From assembly GCF_009914755.1 (NCBI RefSeq), contig NC_060926.1: DNA of 64,000 nucleotides; one strand, given 5' to 3'. Below, piece by piece: positions 18,775 through 31,104 of this stretch; positions within the stretch are counted from its first letter, which is position 1; each line of letters opens with the position of its first letter. The notes below the pieces were generated by a model. It worked only from the letters and a program-made list of their open reading frames with translations. It searched no databases and was not told where the DNA came from. The translations under genes and the position numbers were made by a program. Origin of the DNA: the human T2T-CHM13v2.0 reference genome, Homo sapiens.

Positions 18775-19076
18775 ATATTATTTTTATTTTTATTTATTTA
18801 TTTATTTTGAGACAGGGTCTCATTCTGTCGCCCAGGCTGGAATGCAGTGGTTCAGCCTTAACCTCCTGGGTGCAGGTGATCCTCTCACCTCAGCCTCCTG
18901 AGTAGCTGGGACTACAGGTACATGCCACCACACCTGGCTACTTTTTAAATTATTATTAGTAGGGATAGGGTCTTGCCATATTGCCCAGGCTGGTCTCAAA
19001 CTCCTGGGCACAAGTGATCCTCCTGCTTTGGACTCCCAAAGTGATGGGATTACAGGGGTGAGCCATCATGCCTGTC
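18775..19076 (-). mobile_element. AluJ-like
   Basis: 'gagacagggtctc', 'gatcctctcacctcagcc', 'ttgcccaggctggtctcaaactcctggg'; short internal deletion. Confidence 0.9.
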
Positions 19077-19340
19077 TCCTATATTCTTAAAGATAATTGC
19101 TCCAAGAAAAATATATACCTGTAGATGTAGGTGGGTGGTGGTGATAAAAAAATTTGAGTTTTCGCAAGTAGCCGACTCAGAAGCTTAATCTTTTAATTTG
19201 AGCTTTCTTTTAAAGACCTCTGTCAGGAACAAATGTTGCTAGGAAGGATTGACCAAAACCATGGCATCGTATATATTATTCATTTGAAAGGCTTATAGAT
19301 TCTAAATATGGAAGCAGGGCACTTTATTTATATCATTTCT

Positions 19341-19933
19341 TTATCTTTTATTTTTAATTGACATGTAATAATTGTACATATTTACAGGGTAAAGAGCAAT
19401 GTTTAAATGCATACATACAATGCGTAGTGATCGAATTGAAGTAATTAGCATGTCCATTACCTCAAATATTGATCATTTATTTGTGCTAATTACATTCAAA
19501 ATGCTCCTTTAGCTATGTGAAAATATATAGTAAATGTTGTTGACTATAATCACCCTACCATGCTATAAAACACTAGAACTTGTTCCTCCTATATAGCTGT
19601 AATTCTGTATTTATTAGCCAACCTCTCACTACTCCCTGACCTTCACGTACTATAGTAACCACAATTCTACTCTTTATTTCTATGGGTTCAACATTTTTAG
19701 TTCCTATTCATGAGTAAGAACATGTGGTGTTTATCTTTCTGTGCCTGACTCATTTTACTTAACATAATATCCTCCATGCTCATGAATATCATTGTGAATG
19801 ACAGGATTTCATGCTTGTTTATGGCTGAATAGTATTCCACTGGGTGTACACCATATTTTCTTTATGCATTCAGTATCTATAATAGCCAAGGTATGGAATC
19901 AGTCTAAATTTCTATCAACAGATGAATGGATAC
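19341..19933 (-). mobile_element. L1MA (about MA4/5) 3' fragment with a short 5' inversion, inserted into a MIR
   Basis: L1MA 3'UTR on the - strand to about 19872, then + strand L1 'aatagccaaggtatggaatc...gatgaatggata'; TSD ttatatcatttct / ttatgttatttct. Confidence 0.8.
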
Positions 19934-19946
19934 TTATGTTATTTCT

Positions 19947-20115
19947 AATCCTTCCTCTGACTTTCGTGAGGTGGGTATTTCCATTTCCATTTCTCAGTTG
20001 AGATATCGGACTCAGAGAGGTTAAGCAGTGTGTTTAAAGTTGCACAGCTAGTAAGCATAAAAGCTAAGTTGTTTTCCCAGTTTTTGTCAGAATCCAAAGT
20101 TCATGTTCTTTCCAA
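19947..20115 (-). mobile_element. MIR SINE
   Basis: 'ctcagagaggttaagcagtgtgtttaaagttgcacagctagtaag'. Confidence 0.7.
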
Positions 20116-20204
20116 TATTGTTCTGTATTTTCCCTTGATTTCTGTGTGCCAAAGTTTTCTAAAAATTTAGAACCTAATAGTTATCTGTGAGAATGTAGTT
20201 TTAT

Positions 20205-20292
20205 TATATATGTGTAAATATATATGTATACACACACACACACACACACACACACCCACATATATATATGTATATGTGGAGGGAGAGAGAGA
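20205..20292. repeat. (TA)n/(CA)n/(GA)n compound microsatellite
   Basis: Directly visible in the sequence. Confidence 0.9.
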
Positions 20293-20439
20293 TTTTTTTT
20301 CACTTCATTTTCAGAAATATTTTGAAAGACAATTTATCCACATGTTTGTATTTTGTGTTTCTTTGTGTCAAATTACAAAGAAACAGAAGATACAAATGTG
20401 GATATTATCTTTCAAATTTGTGAAATTACAAATATTATA

Positions 20440-20830
20440 ATCAATCAGATTGACAAACTTTTCTGTAAAGAGCCAGATAATAAATATTTCAGGCTTTTTG
20501 GGCTATATGGTTTCTGTCACTTCTCAACTTTGCTGTTTTCATACTTACTATATAAATAAATAGTTTACATATGGTTTCTGTCACTTCTCAACTCTCTGCT
20601 TCCATAGTTACTACATAAATAAATAAGACTTTCTGTGTTCCAATAAAACTTTATTGACATTAGAATTTGAATTTTATGTGAATTTTAATGCATTAGGCAA
20701 TATTCTTTTTATTCATTTTTCAACTATTTAAAAAAGTAAAAATTATCTTAGCTCGTGAGCTGTACAAAAACAGGAACAGGGAGTGGGCCCAATTTGGTCT
20801 GTGTGTTATAGTTTCCTACCCCCAAGCTAG
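20440..20830 (+). mobile_element. MER58B-like hAT-Charlie MITE with an internal ~64-bp tandem duplication
   Basis: 'aaacttttctgtaaagagccagataataaatattt', 'ttccaataaaactttatt', end 'tagtttcctaccccc'. Confidence 0.8.
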
Positions 20831-22179
20831 ATCAATATTCTGTAGGTTCCAAGATTTTGGTTTTCTTAATTTTTATTAAAATTCCAAATGCTCTTAGAAG
20901 GATATGAAATCCTTAACTCACCAATTAAGTGGATTCTGAATTAAAGGCATAAGATTGTTCTTTAACGTAAACATTGCATCTGCTCTTCAGTTATAAAAGT
21001 GGACAAAGCATTAGGGAAAATATTTTAATAATTAAAATGCTATTATAGTACCTTTAGCAATGTCACTACTGCTTAGAAGAGTCAAATCAATGAATGTGTA
21101 ACATTTAGATAATACCTTTCCCACAGAGTCCTTTTACTTTTTTCTTAACACCTTGAATATAAAATAAATGTCATTGAAGGTAAATTGAATAAAAAGTGAT
21201 GTAGCTGCTAAAATGAAAAAGGTCCACAATGGAATCAGGTGGCATTGATGAGGTAAATTAGGTCTCATATGGACTTTGCTTTTCATTGGTAGCAAGAATT
21301 TGATACTTGAACTGTGTTTCTTTCCTTCAGATATCTTTTATCTACACAATGGTGAGCCTTTATCTGTAAAGAGATAGGTATTTTAATTTTTGGTGACTAA
21401 AGTCCTTGTTGTCACAAACTGAGGCTTAGTCAGTCTGGCTGTATGCAATGTACTGGAGCTCTAGCCTGGCTCAGGCTACTCAGCAGGTGCTGATTTGCTT
21501 GGCAGGTGTCCAGCAAGGGGCCAGGCTAGCAAAAGTGTTGTGCCTGGGAGAATGGAAGGAACTGTGAACTACTGCCTCCTTCCAGTCCAGGAAGTCCTGA
21601 AGTCTAGTCTGAGCCCTAGCAAAAGAACATTTTATTCCACATTTGTCCAGAACATGGCGTGATTCAAATCGCCTTGAGGCTTGAAGTAAAGACAGCACGT
21701 TTTGACACGTGGTGGGTCTTCCAACTTGGGGAGCACCAAGAGCCTGTGGGCAGAGCAGTGATTCCACAGAGGGCCTGGGCAGCAGTGACAGCTGCAGGGA
21801 CAAATCTCCACCTTCTAGTAGCTGTGAGGACAGCAAATATCCAGGGAGACAGGAAGAGGAGAAAGATGGGAGTGGACTTCAGAATGAGCCCATGTTGGGA
21901 TGCCTGAGTTTCTGAGAAGATATCATGTGAGACTACCACTGCTGAGTATGTACGGGTGACAAGCCAGATCCACTGGGTGTAAATGCCTGATGTCACTTCA
22001 TTTAATCCCATAAGCTAGAATTGGGGATGGCAGTGTCAAAAGGCAGGCAAGGATGCACAAGTCAGGAGCCTAGCTTTTGAGCTGGGTAGTAGAAAATGTT
22101 CAAAACAGAATAAAACAAAACGAGACATTTAATGTTTAGCTATAAGATTCCCATTTAAGAGGACTGGCAATGTTGGACA

Positions 22180-22390
22180 TGAACTTTTTAGAACTTAGTT
22201 TCTGCATTTCTGAAATGTAGACAATAATAGTATTTAACCTATAGGGAGGGTAAGTTGTAATTTAACTTTTAGGAGAGTTAAATTATATTATACCAATGAA
22301 GAGCTGAGCACAGTTCCTGGACATACAGGTTTTCAATAGAAGCTAATTATTATTGTTATTATTACTATTACTATTAATATTATTAACATT
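22180..22390 (+). mobile_element. MIR SINE with (TAT)n tail
   Basis: 'cttagttttctgcatttctgaaatg...cacagttcctggacatacag...tcaata'. Confidence 0.7.
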
Positions 22391-23024
22391 TTTAGTGAGA
22401 TTTTTTTGCCTATGTTATTCAAACTGACTCTCAGAAGGTAGCTAGATCTGTCAAAACTGCGGTTCGATTACATTGTTTTCAGGCAATGTTAGCTGAAAGT
22501 CAGAAAAACATGGGGCCCAGGTGGGTGTCAAAACTCCTTATCGTAAAGGCAATTATATAGAATGAGACATTCTCAACCTCGTGTTCCAGCTGTGCACCAG
22601 ATACGTTGTTTTCAGATCATGATCAAGTTTATAAGTATGAATGACTTGAATTCATGATATCTCTACCTTCTGAGTGCCTCAAATTACTATCTTTAATTAT
22701 TCTAGTAAGTTACAAGCGGAGAAGAGGATTTAGGAGCAGCACAATTTTCTGAAGAGAGAAGTTGGACAGGGAAAACTAGTGAAGTAGGTAGGATTTCCAT
22801 AAAATGGCATGGAAAAAAACTCCTATGTGGCTAGTCAGCCCAGTAGTTAGTAGGTCACTGCCACTTCCTTTTGGACACTGTAAATGTACCCATTGCCTTT
22901 GGCCAAATGCCCAGGAACAAACCTTCACAAGTCAGAATTTACATCTTCTTCTCTGTGCAGTGGGTTTTCTTCATTTCTGATTATATTGAGACTCCCAGGT
23001 TTACACCATTCTGGGCATTTATTT

Positions 23025-24130
23025 TTAAAAATTAATTTTTATTTTGATACTAATGTTCATTGTAGAAAACGTGCAAATTGCACAAAGCCCCCAAATATTC
23101 CATAATCTCAACTCCTAATATAGAAATAAAATTATCATTGTTACCTTTCTAATTTATTTTCCATATGAAACACTAATATTACACATGAATGTATTTTTCT
23201 TTGCAAAACTGTATCACGTGTGAATACATTTTTCTGCATGCTGCTTATTTTGCTTCTGTGAACCCGACCATTTCAATACCATTTAATATTCTTCTAGAGC
23301 ATGATTTTTCATGACTATATTATATGAGCACACAATTTATATAACCAGTTCCCTATTGTCAGACATTTAGTTTCTTCCAAACTTTTCACTCTAATGACTA
23401 ATGCTTAAGTGGAGACTCTTGCAGATAAACATTTGTGCACATTGTTGATTATTTTCCTATATTTCTAAAAATGAATGTTTAGGAATAAAGGGTATATATA
23501 CATTTCAGGTTGTATTCCAAAAGTGTTTTATTAGAAGGTTGAGTCAACACACATTTTCTGTAGCATCACATAAGAGCATTTGCTTCCTCATACTTTTGTT
23601 AACACTGGTAGCTGTATATACATTTTATTTCATCACCAATTTTTCAGTCAGTGAATGGTATTTTATTGGTTATGTATTTTTACTTTGGTTACCCATGGGA
23701 TAGTTTTTTGCATACAATTATCAGTCATTTGTATTTCTTTCTTTGGGTTTTGCTAGTCTGATTCCTTTGATTATTTTCCCATTGTTATATTAATAATTGG
23801 TCTAGATGAGCTTTATATGTGAGACTTATGAGCCACTGTTTGTCATCTATCTTATAAAAAATACATATATTTTATTTTTTGAAAATCATCGTTACATTTT
23901 ACTTTTTCTTATGGTAGTTTCTAGCTGTATAGAAGCTTCAAAATATATATAGCAAAATATATCAGTCTTCATTTCTGAATTCCTCTGCTTTTAATCTTAA
24001 AAAGGCTTTTATCAACTTGATGTTTATAAACATCACATATGTTTAACTGTTATTTTATTAGATACATTATTCACTATTTATCTCTTACATCCATATATTT
24101 ATTTTCTGAAGCTGAATTACCTCCTATTTT
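23025..24130 (-). mobile_element. Very old L1 (L1ME-like) 3' fragments
   Basis: 'aaccagttccctattgtcagacatttagtttcttccaa' and other T-rich L1 3'-end remnants. Confidence 0.55.
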
Positions 24131-24688
24131 TATATAGGTAGATAGTGTTCGAGTCTTCTCCATCTTCAGTATCTTTCTTGTGCAGCTTATGTGCTGTCAG
24201 TGCTACAGGGATGTGCTGGTACTATACTATTTACCATATTCCAGAATTGTCACTATTTCCACTTATTTATCAAATTGACTGGCTTCTTTAAATTCCCGTA
24301 AAGTTGCAGTCTTGAAAATGTAATCCCACATCCTTTCTTCTGCATTTTTTCCTGCCTCAGAGCGTGTCTTGTGGAGTGGTTTTAATGATGTCTCTGGATC
24401 TGTCTTGTGGAGTTACAGAGTTGGTGGAGATTCTGGTCTTCTTGAGGGGCATCTGCTCTCTTGGGTATTCCAATCTGTCACCTTGACAGGCATGGGTATA
24501 GGTCTCAAAGTGTCCAATAGTCTCTCTCTTTTTTAAGAGTTTTTTTTTTTTTAAACTTAACAGGCAGTCAATGCTGCCTCGATATTAGCCTAAGCGTCTT
24601 TTATTCTTACATAATTATGGTCCAGAGTCACACTGTAAATTCCAAAGTCTTATTTACATGAGGACCCAAATCCATTTAGGGAGCACAG

Positions 24689-24788
24689 GAGAAGAATTTT
24701 GGCCTCTATACACTATTATGTTAGTTATGTTATAGACTCTATATACTATACACTAACATAATAGTGTATAGAGGCCAAAATTCTTCTC
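24689..24788. repeat. Perfect inverted repeat, 37-bp arms, 26-nt spacer
   Basis: 24689-24725 is the exact reverse complement of 24752-24788. Confidence 0.97.
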
Positions 24789-24808
24789 AATGTTTGGGTC
24801 CAGATACT

Positions 24809-25465
24809 TGTCTTAGGCACGATTTTTAAAATGCACTTCCTCCCTCAAGATTTTATGCCTTAATTCCTATGTCTGTGAATATGATATCACACCCATTCAA
24901 ATACAATGTTACCAGAAGAAAAGGATTTGGGATATGTAATTAATGTTGCTAATTGTTTGATGGTAAAATAGGGAGATTATCCTGGATTATTGTTTGGGCA
25001 TAATCTAATCACATAAACCCTTATAAAGCAGAATATTTTATTTGGCTAGCGTAGAAGAGGAAGTCAGAGATTTGAAGCACAAAGGAGATTCGATGTACCA
25101 TTTCTGGCTTTGTAGGTGGAGGGGGCCATGTGCTTAGAAATGCAAGTGGCCCTGAGGAATGGAAAACATTCCTCAGGGTGTGACAGCAAGAAAGGAACTG
25201 GAGACCTCAACTTTACAACTCCAAGGAACAGAATTCGGCCAATAATCTAAATGAGTCTGGAAGTGGGTTATTCCCCCAAAGACTCTAGATAAAAGCCTAG
25301 CTTGTCTAACACCTTGATTTTAGGCCTGTGAGATGCTAAACTGAGAACCAAACCACACTGTACTTACACTTCTGACCTGTAGAAATTATGAGATAATAAA
25401 TGGTGTTGTTTCAAACCACCAAGTTTGTGGCAATTTGTTATGGTAGTAATATAAGCTCCCATATA
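24809..25465 (+). mobile_element. MLT1D/E-like MaLR solo LTR
   Basis: 'agggagattatcctggattat', 'gagataataaatggtgttgtttcaaaccaccaagtttgtggcaatttgtta'; TSD atact / atacc. Confidence 0.85.
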
Positions 25466-25559
25466 ATACCTGCATTGGGACTCATATTCACAAGGGCATA
25501 GATGACATAACACAGTGGGTGGGGAGGGTGAACTGTGACTCAGAGTTTGTGCCAAAGAA

Positions 25560-25645
25560 CTCTTTATAGTTGTGGAAATGGAGGCTCAGAGAGGTTAATT
25601 GACATGGAGTAAGTCACAGAGCTGACTAGTGTTGTAGCAGAGGCT
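25560..25645 (-). mobile_element. MIR core fragment
   Basis: 'gaggctcagagaggttaattgac...aagtcacagagct'. Confidence 0.6.
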
Positions 25646-26107
25646 GAAGGCCATTGCCCATCAGATAATGATTCACTGAGTGTTCTCACATGCTCTAGAC
25701 TGAAGGCATATTCAGTTAGAGGCAACTCGAACAAATGAGCTGTGGGTCAGAGGAAATGTGGAAGGGAGTGTTATTTAGAGTCTGGTGTCAGTTTCCACGC
25801 GATTACTTCAGCTATGTCACTTGGGTCGCCATAAAACCATCCACTGATTTACTCTGGGCTCCTGGGCCTGCCTCATAAAGGCATCTTTGTAATTCTCACC
25901 AGAGACTATCCTCTGGAATGACAAATAACATCGATCATTAAAAATGACATCTGTAATTTTGCAGCCTGAGAAGATGATCTTTTAAAGCTGTCAGTGAAAC
26001 AAAAGAGATTTTAGGAGATGCTGATGCAATCTCTTTAAAATTTTTGGAAATTCTAAAGCATAAAGATGAACTGTCTATTTTGAAATTGCAGGATGAATCG
26101 TGTGCTA

Positions 26108-26128
26108 AGGCATGCCCCACGCATGCCC
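26108..26128. promoter_or_regulatory. Candidate p53/p63/p73 response element
   Basis: AGGCATGCCC-c-ACGCATGCCC: two RRRCWWGYYY half-sites (one mismatch), 1-bp spacer. Confidence 0.35.
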
Positions 26129-27515
26129 ACTGTGTCAGTGCAGGTGAAGTATGAGGCAACCAGAGTTCCTGCAGCTCAATCATTAACTTGCGGAACGACC
26201 TAAGAGCCAAAGGAGTTAATGGGCTTCATCCAGAGCTGGAGGAATGGAGCGAAGGCAGAGAGACAGGGAGAAAACACATTGTCTGTTGTAGGAAGAAACG
26301 GTGGGAAGCAAAGCCACAAAGGGAGGTGAGGGAGACACAGAAGTTCAGGAGACGCCAGCTCCACTTTGGGGCTGGTGATCATTTAAGCAATGAAACAAAT
26401 TCTGCGTCACAAACTCTCAATTTTACTAAAGATAAAGTCCCCTTAATAAATAATATCGTCTCCCTCCCCCCTTCATTAAATTTTCCCCAACAGCAAAATT
26501 GCTGAATCGTCAGCATGTCAATCTCTACAGCTCTGTGAAAAATAGAGGAAGAAAAGAACAGAAATCAGATGTCCATTTTCCTAAAAAAGGAGAGGGAAGA
26601 AGAGAGGAATAAGCCTGGATCTTGTGTCCTTTTCTCACCAGAGGCAGGAAGCCAATTAGCTTAAATAAACAGAAGCTCAGAATACCAAGACTAATGAACA
26701 GACTTGCTTTCTCCAAGTGGAAAGCAGGAATTCTGCAAACAGCTGAAACTGCAGAAGGGATGGAGCTGAGGGCATGAAGGTCACCTGTCTGGGGTGGGGC
26801 AATGTTGCATCTGAGGGATATATCTCCACTTAAAGTCTCCATGTCTGAGTCAACATAAAGCTGAGCTGGAGTGCCAATGTAGTCTATGGCCTCAATATAC
26901 CTATTTGCAGCAATTTTGCTTCTCCATGCCAATTCCAAATATGCTTTTTATTACATTGGTTATATTTTAGAGAAAACTAACTGCAACAGTTATTGTACAA
27001 GAGTCTGAGAAACTGATGACCTACATTGTTAGCTGTACTTAGTTCCTTGAGAGCTTTCTCTGTTTTATAACCTGATTTGATGTTTTCTTTCTGTTTTTTT
27101 TTTTTTTTTTTTTTTTTTTTGTCTGCAGTGAATTGTCAGCTTGCTGCTGACCCCCAACAGTCACTGGGATTCCCAGGCTGGGGAGGTGTGTAGTCAACAT
27201 GTCAGACTCTGCGGTGGAAGTCAGCACAAGGGGGTGGAATTATTTTCCTGTGCCATTGCTTGCTGACTTGGCATTTAGTGTAAATACCTCTTTCTTCCAA
27301 GATACCTCTTCCATAATTACCAAGGATGATTCTATTTTCAGGGCAATAGCTGAGAGGATGTAATTGGAAACCACAGAGGCAGATTATTTTCTTTCTTTAA
27401 GAGGCTTTTTGCTATTATCATATAATATTTTGCTCCCACTCACTCATACCAGGTGCTTCTCATGCTGAATTAGAAAATACACTGGTTCTGAGAATTTTTC
27501 TGCTCAGGTTATACT

Positions 27516-28116
27516 GGTTAAAATCTGTAAAAGTGATAAAACATGGTTAAACATAGTAGTATTAATGTTCCCTTCAGCTTGACTAAACTTTAGACAGATT
27601 TCTTCCTTACCATAGGCTCCTGACCTCCCTTTTCTTAGATCATTTACTTTAGAGAACTTGAATTTTTAAATCCTTTCTCTGCCCCTTTGAGATGTAAATC
27701 TTCAACCCAGAAATGTCTTTCTCAAGGAGTTGGAGCCACCTGTGTGAAGTGAAATGTCATCATCAAGAAAGATAGCACTTGTATCTCTCAATGTCTGGGA
27801 TGGTAGAAGCCTAACTTCATTAAGCTCTAGTTAGCAAACAGTGATGACTTAATGACCTTGAATAAACTCCTTCCTAACTTCCTCCAGTAGTTTTCCAGTA
27901 GCTCACCCCAGTGCTTAAAAACTGAGCCCTTTGTTTTAATGGTGCTAATTTCCATCTCTCTCCCCTATTGCAACAGTCTTAAATAAAGTCTTCCTTGCCC
28001 ATTTAACTTGGAGTTTAGCTGAGTTCTATACTTAGTCTCTCTCCCTTACTGATATAGCTCTAATAAAATATGTCTTGCTATTTTTAGCAAGTGTCAAGTG
28101 CAAACTCTCTTTAACA
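27516..28116 (+). mobile_element. ERV1 (MER4-group) solo LTR, MER67/LTR54-like; subfamily and left edge uncertain
   Basis: 'ttgactaaactttagacag', 'cccctttgagatgtaaatctt', 'aataaagtcttccttg', end 'ctttaaca'. Confidence 0.7.
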
Positions 28117-28239
28117 CTGTACACCTGCAATGTCACATTTTCTTGCTGCACAATATAGAAAGGCTAGATATTATTTCTTAATTTATAAAGCGAGCCCTTT
28201 TCTAAGCCATCCAACTGCCATGAGTTAAGGACATTTATT

Positions 28240-28650
28240 TTCCAATAAAAATTATTTGCTCATAAAATACCTGTTGAGTTCCTTCTGTATATTACCCACT
28301 GGGAATGCAATGATAAGAAAAAATAAACAGAATTTCTATTATAATATGGTTCATTGCACATGAAGAAAACAAACATTAATTGAGAAATCACACAACCCAC
28401 AATTAAATATAAAATCGTGAATGTGAAAAGTGCTGTGAAGGCAGAGTATATGGTTCTATAAGAGCATGTGACAACATGAAGATGACCTCGATGGGGAGGT
28501 CAGTGTTTCCTTGAGGGATTTAACTGAGTATGAAAGAAGAATGAGAGGGTTGGGTTATTCACAAAGAAGCAAAAGCATGTATATAGGACCCCTTTAAGAA
28601 TTTTAAAAAGAAAATTTGAGGAGAGTCAGTGAGGCTGGAGTGAAGACTCT
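28240..28650 (-). mobile_element. L2 fragment
   Basis: 'aagtgctgtgaagg', 'ggggaggtcagtgtttccttgagg', 'cagtgaggctggagtg'. Confidence 0.6.
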
Positions 28651-28885
28651 ATATCCCTGTTGATATTATGGTTGATATTATGTAGTTTGGTCAGTAGTCA
28701 AATGCCCACCCTCCCCAGCTTCTTCCTTCTCACTGACATGCATGGTTTCTTGTGGTCTCTCTCTAGGCCCAGCCCTCCTCTATTTAATCATTTGTTGACC
28801 CAATGCTTTGGAGTCATCTCTTGTTCTCCATTCATCCCTGATCACTTAATATTTTTCATCCCTGATGATTTGATATTTTAGATGA

Positions 28886-29338
28886 TGTGCTGGTTATACT
28901 CCATTTGACCTCTTGTCCCCTATACCCAAGTTCTGTTCTGTATCCTCATTCACCCTCTTCTGGGCCCCAGGAGGCCAACCTTCCAAGTCTGCATCATCAA
29001 GGCTCCCTTGGTTTTGGTTGGTTGAATTCAGCCAAAGGGAAGCCCCTATTGGAAGTGGACAGGCAAGAGAAGAGGGAGGTTGAGGTTGGGTGCTTGCTTT
29101 GGGCTGAATTTCTAGCAGTGGCTGTATCCCTTCATTATTACAGCTCCTATCAGGGAGATTCCAGTTCCAATAAGCCTCCATAGCACAATTTATGCATCTT
29201 GTTCTTACTTTGGCCGTCTCTGGTTGTCTCAACACCCTGTTTTTTAATGGTGCCTGTATGTCTATGAACATTTTTTTTTTTCGGTTTCTTGTGCCGTCTG
29301 AATTGGATTTGTTTCCTTCTGGGATCCTGACTGATACA
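28886..29338 (+). mobile_element. ERVL solo LTR, LTR33-like
   Basis: TG...CA ends ('tgtgctggtt' ... 'cctgactgataca'); 5-bp TSD gatga / gatgg. Confidence 0.7.
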
Positions 29339-30093
29339 GATGGTCTCACTAAAGTGATCTCCATCTAGGATAGTGACACAGTTCTCTCTTGCTCTGTCTT
29401 CAAAGTTGACAATTAACTCTTGGTCATTCACATTCGCAACCCTGGCTTTTGGGTACCTCAATCTAGCTTTTGTTCCCAAGCCTCAGCTAGCCCAAGAAAG
29501 AGTATTGGGTAGTGCAATGATGGTCTCTAGCATGGTGAGTCAGCTCCAAAGGCTTTGCTCTAGAAAAGATTGCTCCTAGTATCTTCATGCTCCTCTCAAA
29601 ATGCCAGGATCCATTTGTTCCTGAGCCCAGGAATCGCCAGCTGTCCTGAGGATCAATTTTAGGGTTTTCATTATTTGGGAATATCTTGCTCCCCACAAAT
29701 CCTAAAATTCTTAGTGGCTTGACAGTTAAATAATTCTGTTACATTTCATAATTTAAGATTGTCTTTCAGGATAGTGCCTCAGTTTGGGGTTATTTATAAA
29801 CTTTCCATTCCCCTCTTGCCTGCAGGGGGATCAAACAGCTTACCAGTCTCAAGTTTTATTCCCAAGAACTCTTGTCTTCAGATAGTTGCCTAGAAAGCCT
29901 GTGCTAGATGAATTCAGGTGGAAGTGTTAAAAACTATGGTTCTCAACACACTTACATGTAACAGATGAGAATCTCTGATATGCAACAGAGGGAAAAAAAT
30001 GCCCTAATTCCAAAAAACAATTTCTAATGTGCAAAATTGTCAGCGTTGTGGCAGGCTAGTAGAAGTAATAACAGAATGGAATGGAAGGGGTAA

Positions 30094-30461
<368 letters not shown>

Positions 30462-30525
30462 AGAAAGATGCTTTTTATTAGTAAATCAGAGAGAGACTAG
30501 GGAGTTTTAAACTTGTCCTAGATTA

Positions 30526-30768
<243 letters not shown>

Positions 30769-31104
30769 TCATAGAAGACGAAGCTCTAATTTCTGTGAGT
30801 TGTGACGCTGCTGATATAATTCAAAATTTCATGTTTGATAATACAAAAATATGTGTAACAAATCAATGATATATACTTTTAATCCATGAACCCACCACCC
30901 ATCTCAAGGATTAGAGCATTGCCAGCACTTTACAACTTTCCATTTGTTCCTCTCTCATCCCATCTCTGTTTCCTCATTAAAAGTAAGCACTGTCTTTTAT
31001 GAACTGCAGCTTTGCCCTTAGGTACAGCCATCTTCTAGCACCTACTTCCTCCCTAAACGGTCCCTTCTATAACATGTCTCTCCCTGTGATTCTGCTCTTC
31101 CTAA

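Noticed and set aside
21480-22011. Cluster of overlapping 68-118 aa ORFs
   Set aside because: No recognisable protein similarity; slightly GC-richer sequence, possibly an old LTR I cannot name.
25978-26154. Open + strand stretch ending SCAKACPTHAHCV, resembling the start of an EGF-like domain, with AG/GT-like sites
   Set aside because: Only three cysteines, a stop follows immediately, and no partner exons are visible; the pattern is explained by the repeated GCATGCCC motif.
28831-28878. Short tandem duplications here (24 bp) and near 3256-3284, 38446-38477 and 45748-45779
   Set aside because: Ordinary slippage duplications; no spacers or constant repeat, so not CRISPR-like.
28894-29696. 156-aa and 109-aa minus-strand ORFs
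   Set aside because: Largely overlap the LTR33-like element; no domain signature.
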